64,000 nt of DNA from Eledone cirrhosa. Lineage: Eukaryota. The notes beneath the pieces were generated by a model, which saw only the letters and a list, made by a program, of their open reading frames with translations, searched no databases and had not been told where the DNA came from. Where the stretch lies: the NCBI GenBank assembly GCA_964016885.1, contig OZ024740.1:198958001-199022000 (forward strand), written 5' to 3'. Of this stretch, positions 14,951-28,699 are shown in pieces (position 1 is the first letter of the stretch; the number at the start of each line of letters is the position of its first letter). A program made the translations under genes and the position numbers.

Positions 14951-16609
14951 AGAGAAGTAGATGTTCTCAGGCCGAAGCCAAATTAAAGTTTTCTTATAGC
15001 CCGAAATATGATGAACCAGTCCAGTACTAATACCGCCCCTTCTCTCTCCTTCCGAGAAATCGGCTTTGTTCAGATCTAGAGAAACAGGTTGGGTGTTCCA
15101 TATATCATTACGGCGCATATCAGACCCAATCAACTCTTATTGGCTCATAACTTTCTCAGTTAGAATACTTTCACATCAATTTGTTCAGCACTGATGTTTG
15201 TTCGAAATATCATGTTGTAGTCACAGGAGATGATGTCGATTCATTATCTTACATCCCTCCTTAAATATTTTCTGACCCTTTGTCAAGCTTTAATTCATTT
15301 TTAATTACTTTAACGAACAAAGAAAATGTCGGTTGTTTCTATAAGTAGAACAAATATCAACAGTATTATGGTTAACTAGAACAAACTTGACGAAAGATGA
15401 ATAACTTAAAAGAGCTTCGTTTAGAATGATTTCCCTTTGATGAATTCAACAGGGTTTTTCGCTTCAGGCCTCATCCTATCGATTTTTGCTTTATGAAGAT
15501 GAAAGCAACTATAAATTTTGCAATTTGTTTTTTTCTTATTTTAGATCCTCATGTGACTATAATTTTTCCACAAACATTTTAGAGAGATTAATCTTTTGTA
15601 GAAAAATATTTATTCATATGGTTTTGCTTGATGTTGCTTTCTGTTTCACTTTTGTATTTATTTGCCGTGATAAGTTGTGAGACAGGGAGAGAAACATTAT
15701 TATGTTTAAAGAGGATTTAAAATGCGGCCATTTCACGTTATTTCCCACATAAATCAGTATGCTTACTATCAATTGGATATTTTATCACTGTCCATCCTCA
15801 ATTCTAATTAATTATTTCACCTGGGAAACATTATCTTTTGTATTTACGTTAGTTTTAATTCTTCAAATAACTGATACACAGTCTTCATTTTAATTTCAGT
15901 TCTTTAAGCTGACGCAAATAACATTTTCGTTATATAACTAATATTTTATTCTGTCTCTTTAAATAAGTTTATTAATTATAATATTCTTCTTCATTATTTA
16001 ATTATTTGGTTATATGAAATTACCAACTATTTCGACTACTCAAATAACCTACAAAGAGCATATGGCTTTAGATTCGCTAAGAAAACTATCAGGTCTAACT
16101 GTGGAAACATGCTGGAATGTGTCATATATTAATTTGATGATATGAAAGTTAATTTAGCTCTTTCCCTTTCTTAAAATGTTCATTCCGACATAAATTATTA
16201 TTTGATGAAAGAAAGTGTAGTCTTTAGGCTAGCTTTTACGTTTATTTTGTTCAAATGGCTGGGAATCTTTAGAATACGACATAAAACAATTATGCAGGAT
16301 ATAATAGAGGTTAAAATATGAGTTAACGTTTAAACTATAATTTCCCCCGCCAAATTGAAAATATTAATTTCATTATACCAATATTAAATTTATTTTCTAT
16401 AATTTAGACCAGCATTTGTTATTTCTAGATTTAACCACGTAGAGATTTCTGAATATAGAATAAGGTCCTTGTTTTTTTAAAGAATATGAGTACCTCAAAG
16501 GATTTCGCTGATTATATCAACCCCAGTACAAATATCTCTTGTCCGGTTTTGTCCAATCACTATCAAAGCAACATCAAGAACATAGATATATGTACGCGCG
16601 CATATATAT

Positions 16610-16760
16610 CTATATATACGACAGGCTTCTGTTATTTCCGTCTACAAAATTGCACTCTCAGAGAATTGATCAACCCGAGGCTATGGTAAAAAAACACTTG
16701 CCCATGAAGCCATTCCGTGGGATTGAACTCAAATATCTCCTGGTTTCGAAGCGACACATA
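16610..16760 (-). mobile_element. Second SINE family, degenerate; related copies at about 7320-7450, 18420-18650, 30840-30950 and 37020-37360
   Basis: Shared ttccgtcta..aaatt.cact...gatcaacccgaggctat...cacttgccca..ggattgaac; reverse B-box-like gttcaatcc. Confidence 0.55.
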
Positions 16761-18124
16761 AAACATCCATGCCTGCAAAAGTGCTTCTTGCTTTTGTTTG
16801 TTTTTCAGATGTTTTCATCAAGGAATTTAGCCATAACAAAAACGCCAACAACAACAAAACAAAAAAAGAATTAGAGGGATGAGTGGCAAAATAGGAATTG
16901 TTCTTGTGAAAAATAAACAGAAGTGAAATTCTTAAACAGTTGTTAAAAGTTACTCTCCCAATGACAGGTAAATAATTCATGAACTGGTAGAGTCGTTAGA
17001 ATTTAGGACATTTCTTGCAGTATTTGTCAACTGTCTTTTCAGTCTTATTTTGAAATCCAGGCCAAGTGAACGTTGATGACTTGTCCTGGTCTCTAAAATA
17101 GAGGATTGACGGAAATATCAAGGCATCGGAGGTGATGCATTGCGGTAATTTCTGCGGATGTTTAAGTACTGCTTAACATTTTCCTACAGCTTACTTGAGT
17201 GGTTGACGAAATCGACTTCCTAGATTAATGCCACAAGACCAGAAAGCTTTCAAAATGCTCATGGGTTCTTTACTGTCATCCATAATTAAACTAACAAAAA
17301 ATAACGTTGTGCCTATTTGGGATTTTAAGTCATTTCAGAAGTTTTGAGCCAACGGAATATTAAATATCAACTCACATATCTACTTAAAAGTGTATACTGA
17401 AATGAAGTCCCCGTTTAACACAATAAAACTCAAATACTAGAGACAATTCGTTAGATCTCTGTCGCTTCCAATGGCATGGATTCTAGATATTTGATCACCG
17501 GAACAGTGTTCTCGTGAAATTAAGTTATAGATGAAAAACACGTGGCCCCTCAAAGTACTTCTTCTGGAGATTCTAAGTTACAGTTTGTAACAAAAGTGGT
17601 CGTTAGCATTACAGATAGACGTTCTGTTCAACCGAGTGGACAGGAGCCACGGGAGATAATGCGTCTTGTTGAAAGAAATCATACACCGGTTGTAATCGAA
17701 CTCTCGACTTTACACTCCTCTCATCTTACTACGGACCATGCAGATATTATTAAGCACGACACAACACATTCATTGTATACAATCATCAGAGTGAGAGAAA
17801 AAATGTTTATGTTTCCTCTGGACTTCTGTAATTACATATAATTATAAGCCATGAAATACTTAACACAACATTGTCTTCTTCCAATACAGAGTTCAACTAG
17901 TAATTAGCGACTTTGGAATATATCTAGATCCCATTTATCACAATGTAGCTGACACTTTGCCGAAAACATTAATTCCTACCATTTCATTGTTAATCAAATT
18001 CTGTAAACTATTATTATACTGGACCAATGGAACCAGTTCGTTAAACTATATACACAGACACACACAGACGCACACACACACATTCGCCCCCACACACACA
18101 TACACATATATATATACATATATG

Positions 18125-18325
18125 AAAAGATTCAGTACCCCAACGGCTGAGCTCCGACCATTTGACAGCTATATCCGAACTAATTTAGTTCGGATCTCGC
18201 TGTCGAGACGGCCGGAGCTCAGCCGTCGGGGTCCTGAATCTTTTCAGATAACCCACTCTAGTACCCCAAGTATCGAGTCCTCTGGTAGGTTATGGTCCAC
18301 CCGCTTTTATTACCACATCCTATCT
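18125..18325 (+). mobile_element. Short cruciform element ('gaccccgacgg' family)
   Basis: Internal inverted repeat plus 3' tail acccactcta...gagt.ctctgg...tatggtccacc, shared with copies at 19235, 37415, 45655, 47091, 51995 and 55640. Confidence 0.75.
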
Positions 18326-19193
18326 GATATACATACTCATTAAAACAACAGCAGAAGGCCGGATTGGAAACTTTCTAATTTTAATTCCGCGAAAACGTTA
18401 TACATATTTCTATAGCCAAGCTTCATCATCCGAATAAGATGCAAGGCACAGACACGTGCTCATTCTGTGGGGGAATCATCGAGAAGCAATGTGAAACAAG
18501 TCTGGTTCTTTGAATTAAAGATGCAACTACATTTTGATCGCTGAGTGACCTGGAGCTATGTGGAGTAGAGTGTCTTGTTCAAGGACACAACATGCTGCCA
18601 GAAATCAAATTAAGTACCTTACCATTGTGTGTCAGTACTCTAAACACTAAGCCTCACTGAAATCTACAATAAGACTCAGACATATCTCACAGTCTAGCTT
18701 TGTAATTACATAGATGTAGAAATACACAACTCTGATATATTGATGACTGTATATGTTACAATCGTTAAGTTAATTAGGATAGCACTACAAGTAACAGGGC
18801 ATATAAGCCCTCCGCCATTTGATTTTAGTTGTTTAGATGCCATTCATGTTTGTGTATCAATATGAAGTTCATATGACTAAATACAGACGATTGCTATAAA
18901 ATAAAATAGGAAATAATGTAAAAAAAAAATCTTATAGAACGAAAGAAATGTTGCCAGCGGAAATAAAACTAGTATTTCACAGACATCAGAGCAATGCTCA
19001 AGTCTTTGAGTTAATGGTCCTCCGACAATAATTACCGTTTAAATTGAGAAAGCTAAATCAAACATTTTTGAAAGTGTAAACACACATCGCAAGCAGATTT
19101 AGAACCCGATGTTTGTATATATATATATTTACAATTATACTGTGCTATGTATTGAGTACCTTACTCAATGTGGTTACCCCCGATTGAACCCGG

Positions 19194-19225
<32 letters not shown>

Positions 19226-19329
19226 AACACACACCGTTTTGACAGTTAGATCCGAACTCAGTTCAGATCTAGCTGTCGAGTACTTTGGTGCGTTATGGTC
19301 CACCTGGTTCCTTACCATACTTTCTTTGT

Positions 19330-19363
<34 letters not shown>

Positions 19364-19436
19364 TCTGAGGATCCTGTGTGTAAGCAGGGGAAACCTCTGG
19401 GTAACAATGCACATACACACAACAGCCATAACATTG

Positions 19437-19489
<53 letters not shown>

Positions 19490-19496
<7 letters not shown>

Positions 19497-19720
19497 TAAT
19501 ATAACAGATTAAAGTTTAAGCAAAGAATTGCTGCTTTCACCCTTTAGGGGATCTTCTGAAGATCCCGTTAAGGGTGAAAGCAGCGATTCTTTGCTTAAAC
19601 TTTAATCTGTTATTTTAATAAATATTTTCTCTACGGTTCTTATATATCTGATATATATTTATCCTTATCGAGCCCTCTTTGCATTTTAGTCTTCAACATT
19701 TATTATTATTACTATATGTA
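19490..19720. mobile_element. Fold-back pLTR-like insert in (TA)n
   Basis: Arms of about 65 bp centred on gatcttc-t-gaagatc (about 19557), with an extra tail of about 95 bp on the right. Confidence 0.8.
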
Positions 19721-19833
19721 TATATATATATTTCGTTTCTGAATTTGTTTAGCAATATTCTTTATCTGAAATCGTGTGTTGAAACCGATATTGTTATACT
19801 TTGGGAGGGTCATGTTGCCAATAAGAAACACAC

Positions 19834-21612
19834 TCCCTGATCATACGCCCCATCATTGAGATGTCCCCAGATGTGTGTGACAGCACGGAGGACCTCCTAA
19901 GCAGAATCGGCGCGGGTAACCGATCTGGGGACCTAACAAACTGCATAATAGGCAGTATGGATGTTGTGTCCCTGTATCCATCTATTGACGTGGATTTTGC
20001 TGTGGAGAAATGCGTAGAAATGATCAGCGAGAGCAAGGTTGAGTTCCGTGGGATTGATACCAGTGAGCTGGGACTTCTACTTAAGCTTACCCATAGTAAT
20101 AGTTATCTAGACACTTATGACCTTAGCAACCTGTGCCCTACAAGACCAGTAAGAGGCAGACCACCTACCATTACCTCAATGGCCTAGAAAACCCACACAG
20201 ATAGATGGAACGGGTGGACCAGAGCCATACGGACACCCGAAAACCACGATGAACTGAAGAAAATGATTGCACATGCGGTAGGGGCCAGCATAAAATTAAC
20301 CCTTAAGGAACATATGTTCAAATTTAATGGTAAAACATATGCCCAAGAGGAAGGAGCAGCCATTGGTGTTAGCATTGCAGGCGACATAGCTAACTTATTC
20401 ATGGTATGGTGGGACAGTAGACTTAAACAAAAACTTAATGAACAATTAGAAGACAGCTTAACCCTGATAATGTACTCCCGCTACGTAGATGATATAAACA
20501 TCGTAGTTAAGACACCCCCACTAAAGAACAGTCAGGAACTAGAGAAAAACACAATGGAAAGCATCCAGCAAATAGCAAACTCCATCCACCAGAGCATTAG
20601 AGTTACTATAGACTACCCAAGTAGACACCCCAACCATCGATTACCTGTACTAGACACAGAGCTCTGGTTAGATACCATTAACAACCAAAAACAAATCCTC
20701 CATTCCCATTATGCCAAACCCATGACTTCCAAACATCTGATCAACCGAAACTCGGCCATTTCGGACCATACCAAAATCAACATACTGATTGCGGATTTGG
20801 TACGGGTGATGAGAAATGTGTCCCGCATGTGCAACCCCGAAGAACTAGAGAGACACATACAACACTTCATCCACCGTATGCAGTTCTCTGGCTACAATCA
20901 GAGAGATAGAATCAGAGTGTATAAAGGAGCCAGAACCAAATGGGAAAAAATGGTAAATAATGACATAAATGGGACCTGCGCCTTGTATAGGAGCAAATTT
21001 TGGAATAGAATAGAAAGAACTAGGAACAAGGCCGATAGAATAAACTCATGGTATGATAGCAATAAATACCAGAGTGTAATGTTCATCAATACAACCCCTA
21101 GAGGCGAACTAGCCTACTAATTTAGAAGGGCCCTAAATAAACATAATCTCAATATTAAGATAGTAGAAAGACCTGGTACCTCCGTAAAAACACTTATTAG
21201 CAAGACATACCCGTTCCAAAGACCCTCATGTATAGATAAGAAATGTATAACCTGTAAAATAAGCCCCCATATTAACTGTAAAACTAGAAATGTAGTGTAT
21301 AGCATAAGATGTACTGAAGGACAATGTAGAAACAAAAATATAGTGTACATAGGTGAGACAGCTCGTAGTATAGGGGAACGAATAAATGAACACTGGCGAG
21401 ACCTCCAAGATAATAAAGAATCATCTGTGCTCTACCAACATGCTAAGATATAACACAGGGGTAGATTAGAGAGCATAGAAATAAAAATAGAATCCACACA
21501 CAGAAAAGACGCAATGTTTAGGCAAATTACAGAGGCAGTAAGCATAAAAGAATTAAAACCAAAATTAAATAGAAAATATGAGTGGAACAGTAACATCACA
21601 ACTTACAATTAA
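19834..21612 (+). pseudogene. PLE reverse transcriptase-GIY-YIG polyprotein with three in-frame stops
   Basis: GSMDVVSLYPSID, GAAIGVSIAGDIANLFMVWWD, YSRYVDD, LPVLD and HYAKP. After the TAA at 21118: CIDKKCITC..NCKTRNVVYSIRC...VYIGETARSIGERINEH...RQITEAVSI...LNRKYEW. Stops at 20185 (TAG), 21118 (TAA) and 21451 (TAA). Confidence 0.92.
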
Positions 21613-21859
21613 GGACAAAATGAAAACACACACAAAATGAAAACACACACAGGACAAAATGAAAACACACACACACATAGAACAAACAACCAACCAACAA
21701 TAAATAAATAAATAAATAAACAAATATAAAAATGAACACAAACACACACAGACACCCGGATGTGGCGCATGCGCAAACTGAGCACACAACACACACACAG
21801 AAACAAAATGGCGTAGGATAGAAGAAAGGAAAGGCACAGAAACGAAGAAAGGAATCCCC

Positions 21860-21904
21860 AGTCACTGAAGAGGTCACAGAGTGTGTGACGAAAGGAGTAT
21901 GACT
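21860..21904 (+). ncRNA. Type I hammerhead ribozyme in the PLE pLTR (stem III imperfect)
   Basis: agtca CTGAAGA g gtcaca..tgtgac GAAA ggag TA tgact; stem I agtca/tgact. Confidence 0.65.
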
Positions 21905-22077
21905 ATATATAAACAACTATCTGGTTGTGGAACCAACCAACCAACCAGAAATTTATAGGTTTGTAAATTTATAAATTTATAAATATATAATAAATTGAAG
22001 TGAAAGCAACTTGTGCGTGTGTTTCTTATTGGCAACATGACCCTCCCAAAGTATAACAATATATATATATATATATA

Positions 22078-22447
22078 TTAATTCAAAATATTAACAAAAA
22101 TAGACATTCGTGTGATCAAGTATATTTTATTATACATATTCCAGAGGTACGCAGCTATCTTCAACAGTACGTCCTCATCAGATAAAATAAGATGATGAAT
22201 GACATACCCTGGCTAAGTAGATGGTTAAAATTCAGTCATGGCAGTAAATATGGCTGATGAGGACGTACTGTTGAAGATAGCTGCGTACCTCTGGAATATG
22301 TATAATAAAGTATACTTGATCACACGTATGTCTATTTTTGTTAATATTTTGAGTTAATATTAATAACTACGGAAAACCATTACTGTGGAGTGCTTCTAAT
22401 CTATTGTAAAACTTTATTCTTTGATTTATTCATTGAAACTTGTTTAA

Positions 22448-22452
<5 letters not shown>
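22078..22452. mobile_element. Fold-back pLTR insert with degenerate hammerhead and 3' tail
   Basis: 22078-22181 is the inverted copy of 22254-22360; the right arm begins CTGATGA ggacgtac; tail to 22452; (TA)n flanks. Confidence 0.8.
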
Positions 22453-22489
<37 letters not shown>

Positions 22490-22493
<4 letters not shown>

Positions 22494-25007
22494 TTCAAAA
22501 TATTAACAAAAATAGAACTTCATTGTGATCAAGTATATTTTATTATGAATATTTCAGAGGTAGTGAGCTAACTTCAACAGTACGTCCTCATCAGATAAAA
22601 TAAGATGATGCATGACATAGTAGATGGTTAAGATCAATATGTATATACCTTAAGATTGATACATGAAAAAACTTACATATAATACAGAGGGTGCGTGTAA
22701 GAAAACTTAAAAATACATAACAGTAATTTACATAACTGTTAGAGATTCAAATAATTATTGAAAAAAGACAGAGAGAAAACATATGAGGGGAAAATATAGC
22801 TAGTAGAGGTATAGAGAGCAAAGGAGAATTGATCAACGAACAGAAGACAAAGAGGAATAATTATAATTATAGGGAGGGATGTATAGTTATGTATGATATA
22901 TATCCATACACAACTATACATTTGGGAATAGCTATGCGATAGAGTAAACTCGAATCATTGAATTATTGAATTATGTAGAAATATTCATCAATCTACATCT
23001 TAAATATAACTGGGTATAAACAATAAAGGTTAACATCCTCAGTTAATTAGTTATATACACTATCCAAATGTGTCCGGTTGATCGTTAACTTTCAAATCAT
23101 TTAAGTTAGTTCAGAGTAATGAATTAATTAAAGTGTATAATATTTCAGGCTATAAAAGTTTATAAATATCTGTATTAATATTAAAGTATACTATCATATT
23201 TAATTTATAAAATCATATTTTATGAATTCATATTTAAACTATTTGTAAACATCAGAGAGAAAAACATGCTATTTTTCATCCTCTCTAAGGTAAATCTCAA
23301 TAATTTTATTATAATATATTTAATTATTATATTGAAGATATAATTTTAAAAAATTCAGATTAACAATTAGAATGCCTTAAAGCATCAAAAGGCCTTATAA
23401 TTAAACTTAAAAATGTGTATTATTAAATTAGATATATGCATTTGTCTAAATATAAACAAAGATTATATTGTCTAAAGATTAAGATGAGGCCTATCATTTA
23501 TATATAACATAATATAATAAAATAAATAAGTTACTGATAATATTGTTAAAAATTAAGGTTTTAGATCAATTATTATAATAAGGTCATGTAACACATATAT
23601 ACTATAAATATTCAAGCAAAACATTTTGAACCATACGGATAAGAATCTGATTCAAAGTAAAAAAATGAATTGTCTGCGATCTTAGATTTTGTTTATAAAT
23701 GTATATAGTAGTATAATGTGTCTGCAAACATGAGAAAAAGAAAGCCTAAGGATTTCATTGACCCGAAGGTAAGCCAAATTTAATTAAATTAAATTACATA
23801 ATAATCGTTATATAACTTAGAGAATTTAGAAAATATTTAGAACATATTGAACGATTATAACACTAGAAAATCATTAAAGTATTTAAAGTACTTCTCAATA
23901 ATAATCGTTATATAACTTAGAGAGTTTAGAAAATATTTAGAAAATATTTAACGATTATAACACTAGAAAGTCATTAAAGTATTTAAAGTACTTATAAATG
24001 TAACTAGAAGCATGTTATTATACTAGATATACAGATTTGTTCAAAGATAAATAGAGTATTCTAGATATTAGTGATCGATATACATATAATAAATAAACAG
24101 TACTATCATTGTTAGTAATGTTATAATTGAAGTTTTACATCAAGATAAGTGGAAAAAAGATTGTCGACTAGTATGGTGTGTGATGTATATACCGTAAATA
24201 TATATAAATAAAAATATATGATTCAAACTCCAGATAAGTAAATGTACAAAAACATAAATGCATGAATGATTTACGGTACATTATAACTGTTAAGCGTATA
24301 AGCCATATATTTAAAAAAATATACAAGAATCCCAGTCAAAAATTAAATATCTTAACACTCAAAAGATATGCACATTCCTCAAGAGATCATGTTAACAAAT
24401 ATTATGTTTATATACCTAAACAGGACCCTTTAATCTAACATTAATCATATCATAAAAGAATTAAAAAATACAAATTATTAAAGTTTTATAATCTGTTATA
24501 ACGTTTTAGGTACACAGTTGATAAGAGACGTCAAAAATTAGAACCTGCTTATTTAGTGTTTTTTCCTGAATTTTTTAAGGCAGTTTGAGAATAATTCACT
24601 CTTTTTGTTAATTAAATTTTCACAATCAGTAATTATTAAAAGGTTCTCCATGGTACAGAGGTTGCAGTTAGCTGATATTGACGAATTCAAATAAATTCTA
24701 CTATTACATAACTTCGCTCAAGAAATCGAGTATTTTAAGTTTTTGTCTTTTAATAACCATATAAATTGTGATAAAGAAGTCGAAGATTTCCTATTAGGAT
24801 TCGAAAAAGAGCATTTGTGATTCGCAAATCTAGATTTAAATGTCGAAGAAGTTGCACCTATATGTGGTGTTATTTGCTATTACGGTGCATTTATATACCA
24901 ATTGCTATCATTTTGCAGAGGGCAATCAGGTCTATTTCTACAATTACACTTCGATTTAATGTACTAATTCTTCGATTCGATTTATTCATCGAAACTTGTT
25001 TAACCTT

Positions 25008-25010
<3 letters not shown>
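22490..25010 (-). mobile_element. Highly degenerate Penelope-like element
   Basis: 22490-22630 repeats the 22078 pLTR arm. Minus-strand relics TYLDVK (about 24140), IKFGLPSG (about 23775) and VPKT (about 24510). 24978-25008 matches the 22422-22452 tail. Confidence 0.45.
23798..23993. repeat. Tandem duplication with a 100-bp period
   Basis: ataataatcgttatataacttagag...aaagtactt occurs at both 23798 and 23898. Confidence 0.9.
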
Positions 25011-25095
<85 letters not shown>

Positions 25096-26689
25096 TATTT
25101 GTGTATACATGTGCCGTATGTATATGCGTGTGTGTGTGGTTAATATTGTTATTCTATGATATAGTATGGTTGTTTATCGGTATATTTGTCAGGGAAGGCA
25201 TTACACATATATCAGAAATATATTCCATTGTGAATTTCAATGTAATCAATGTAATCTACTATCGAATACATCGTATGATAATGTTTATCGATCGATATCA
25301 TTTCAATAATATCCGTTAAATTTATATATTTATGGTGTTTATCTGTAAAATGTTTGTCTATTCCTTAAATCAAAATGGCACATCAAATATACACCATTTC
25401 AAGTAATTGACCTACAGATTATCATTTAAGATGCGATGAAATGACAGCGTCAATAGAACGTCGTATATAATGCTTCATAGTATTCGTTGCATCTCTGTGA
25501 TTTCTCAAATACCACCGAGTTCAACTTTGTCTTTCATCCTTTCGAAGTCGATAAAAATGTACCAGTCTAGTTATGGGAATGTATTCGTCCCTTATACCTC
25601 TTTCTCGATTCCTCTTTCAATTACCATCCCTCTCTGGAAAAAATCTGTTGTATTTAGACCGAGACACGGATGGTCTCCACCAGGCTCAAAATACCCTTCG
25701 GAAGGCATATGCCGCTGCGGCGCCCTTACGGATCCACCAGGAGATATACGACCATGCCTGTATCAGTTAAGAGCGGTGAATCAGTACAGTGGTAGAACGT
25801 CTGACAGACTGTGCTACTGATTTCTCTGCTCACATTTCAAATCACACCGAGCTCATTTATGCATTTTATCTTTCGCCGTGGATAAATACAGTAACATTCC
25901 AGTAGTGTGTCGATTATTATTCTATATCTCCATCTTATTCAATCTTAATCCCTGCCTGTCTCCCTCCCACTTTCTTTCTTCTTTTAGAAGATAAATTACG
26001 TGAAAAGATTATCCGGCGTCTGTATAACTGAAGATTGATAATCTCTGCCAGGTTAGTTCCCAACATATGTCATATGTATTTATGTCATATGAAGGTTTAA
26101 GCGCCTATGAATTGAGTTTTCCATACCTTTCGCTTAATTGTGCCTCGATACAGTGGTATAAAAGTCAATACCTTAGTAGTATTTATATTGTATTCATATA
26201 TGTAAGATTTGAACTGTCAGATAGGTGTTTACAATACTGTATATAGATGTATATACGATATATTTACAATAACATTTTGTTAGTGCTATCACGAATATAT
26301 AAGGTAAGACTAGACTATTTGACATTCTTATCTATATTCTCATGTTCATATTCCTGGAAAGAACATATGGCTTCCAGATGAACTTGGAAACTTTAATATC
26401 TCATCAACTTCTTTGGCTGAAACTCCACTTGCAGACACAACACTTCTAATATATGTTAATATTTTTATTTAGTCTATACATTAACAGATCCAACATTATC
26501 ACAAGTTTTTAACACTTCTGTTATATATTTTTATATTGTTATGTACACCCCCACCAACAACAGCAACAACAACAACAGCAGCAAATAGTCTTGCCAGCTC
26601 CACTTTCAATTCAGAGTACTTGATGATTTTATCAATCTCCATACTCGCAATATTCGAGTTATTTGGTATGGCCACATCGATTATTTTTA

Positions 26690-26882
26690 TTGGTGGATTG
26701 GCAGTATCGGTAGAGGATCGGACGCCATGCTTTGCAGCAAAGAGTTACAGCCCTTTATGGTCTGAGTTCAAATCCCACCAAGGTTAACTTTGCATTTCAT
26801 CCTATGCGATCGATAAAATAAATTACCAGTAATACACTTTGATAATTGCTGGCCTTGTGCCAATAGTAGAAACAATTATTAT
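26690..26882 (+). mobile_element. tRNA-derived SINE, near full length
   Basis: A-box-like TGGCAGTATCGG, B-box GAGTTCAAATCCC and an (ATT)n tail; many copies in the window. Confidence 0.85.
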
Positions 26883-28699
26883 TGTGTTCCTTGTTTTTAT
26901 TGGTTACAACATGTTGCAGGTTTTATTATTTTCTTGTTCCTAAAGTGCGATACTTTGCACTGCCGATATTGTTGCTTATATTATGAGCTCTACGGTGTAG
27001 AAATCTCAAAAATATTTTTGTTTTGTATTTTGTTTAAAATCTATTAAAAAAAACTAACGGACAGCTCTCAACGAAATCATAATGCATGACACCACATAAT
27101 GCATGAACGCCACATGCTTCGATTTTTGGTTAGAATCGATGGGGCTGGATAAAGGGAACGACAACAAAAAAGAAAAGCAAATATCGACATCATTACGATC
27201 TTCACAATCTTACAAGTAACGACACCCTTTTCAAGCGGCAAACTTGCGCATTCGATGTGTAACCGAGACTTCGCTGTTCCTCAAACCGAACATCGCAAGC
27301 TGGTGAAGTATTGGTCGCTCACCAATAGATTTATGGTCAAACTTATAGCAATAGATTCTTTAATTGTTCTTGGACCAAGAACCAGCTCCCTGCTTACTAC
27401 TGCTAAGCAGAGCGGCCACTCACATGAGCGTAGCCCGCGAGTTGGAATGGATATACTAAATCATCTCTTTCACCATCCCTGAGATCAGTGTTTTCTCAAT
27501 TCTGTAGTTCGAAACATGAGGTGACATGGGATCCCACACACCAGAGTACAGTCCCTCGTACCAGCCGAGCCCGCATTATCTGGATACCATTATTAAGCTG
27601 TATTATTATTGAAAGTCTTAATATATGCATGAACATATGTCTCTTACGTACACAACTATGTACGGGTGTATGCATCTGTATGTCTTTTCTAGTAATTGGC
27701 AGCGTTTTCTCTGTTTATATTTGAATGTCATAAATACTTTCACCGAGACTGTGTTCTTATAAACAGATTAAAAAAAGACGGATAATATGTAAACTGAAAT
27801 TGAAGGAATGAATGTCACAAGAATAAAAAGTCCCTTCTCACCCCACTATCAACACCAACCTCAAAACCACAACATGAAGAAATATATAGGTGATAGCAGC
27901 AACAATGGGAGCAATAAAACTACAACCTCCACCACCGTCATTATTAGCTGAACCTATCTTGTTTGCCGTCATATCCAGCAGTGTTTCAACAATAGAGTAT
28001 AATAGTAAGAGTGCCACCAACGTGGAAACCAACGGAGAATGGAAGTAGCAATGGAAACGCTACTACTACGACAGCAAAGAACAAATAGGATTTGCTACGA
28101 GAGCATCATTCGCCACGACAGTCAAGCAAACAGACACCACAGAAAGAACGAAAGAGAGGTTTACCAGATCTAGCCAGCTCGTGAGAAGTTGGTCTAACCC
28201 TGTCCATGGATGTGCGGGAGCACGTTTTCCAGAACATAGAAGGAAGCACCATTATAGTCAGGGGCATAGTTAAAATCAGCTTCTGAATCCCCCAACCAGG
28301 AGAAAATATTAATGTCAGGTGACATGTCCGTGTAGCGGGGGCGACGAAAGCGGAAGGTATTAAAGCGTTTCCAAATAACAGGACAAAGGAAAAGTAAAGT
28401 AAAACTGACTAAATCCCTTTAATACAAAATATGAAAGTAAAACATACAAGACTGACAGCAACAACAACACTGTTGAGTAAAGACTCGAGCAAGGTGAACA
28501 GCATTAAATTTTCGGCCCAGAACATAGAGTTGAAGATTTTGGTTGAAGTGGTAGTAAGATTTTCTGTTGCTGTGGGCGCTCTGATTCGGGCCGTGCAGGC
28601 ATCCACCATCCCGAACAGTGTAATCCAAGACAACGTTCGCTCTATGCGATAGGAAATAGTGACGGCGAGAAAGGAATCTGGCAGCAATGTATCTAAAAG

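Larger units (their letters stand above)
19731..22062 (+). mobile_element. Penelope-like element (Naiad-like), 5'-truncated, with inverted terminal pLTR segment
   Basis: RT plus GIY-YIG in a single frame; 46-bp inverted repeat at 19788-19833 / 22017-22062; (TA)n on both flanks; hammerhead in the 3' region. Confidence 0.92.

Noticed and set aside
19553-19600. CTGAAGA...GAAAGC as an intact hammerhead
   Set aside because: CTGAAGA is created by the palindrome centre; other copies read CAGAAGA or GAGAAGA, and no stem I forms.
20185-21453. In-frame stops as selenocysteine recoding
   Set aside because: The stops are TAG and TAA, not TGA.
26690-26780. tRNA gene
   Set aside because: A and B boxes are present but there is no cloverleaf; it is a multi-copy SINE head.
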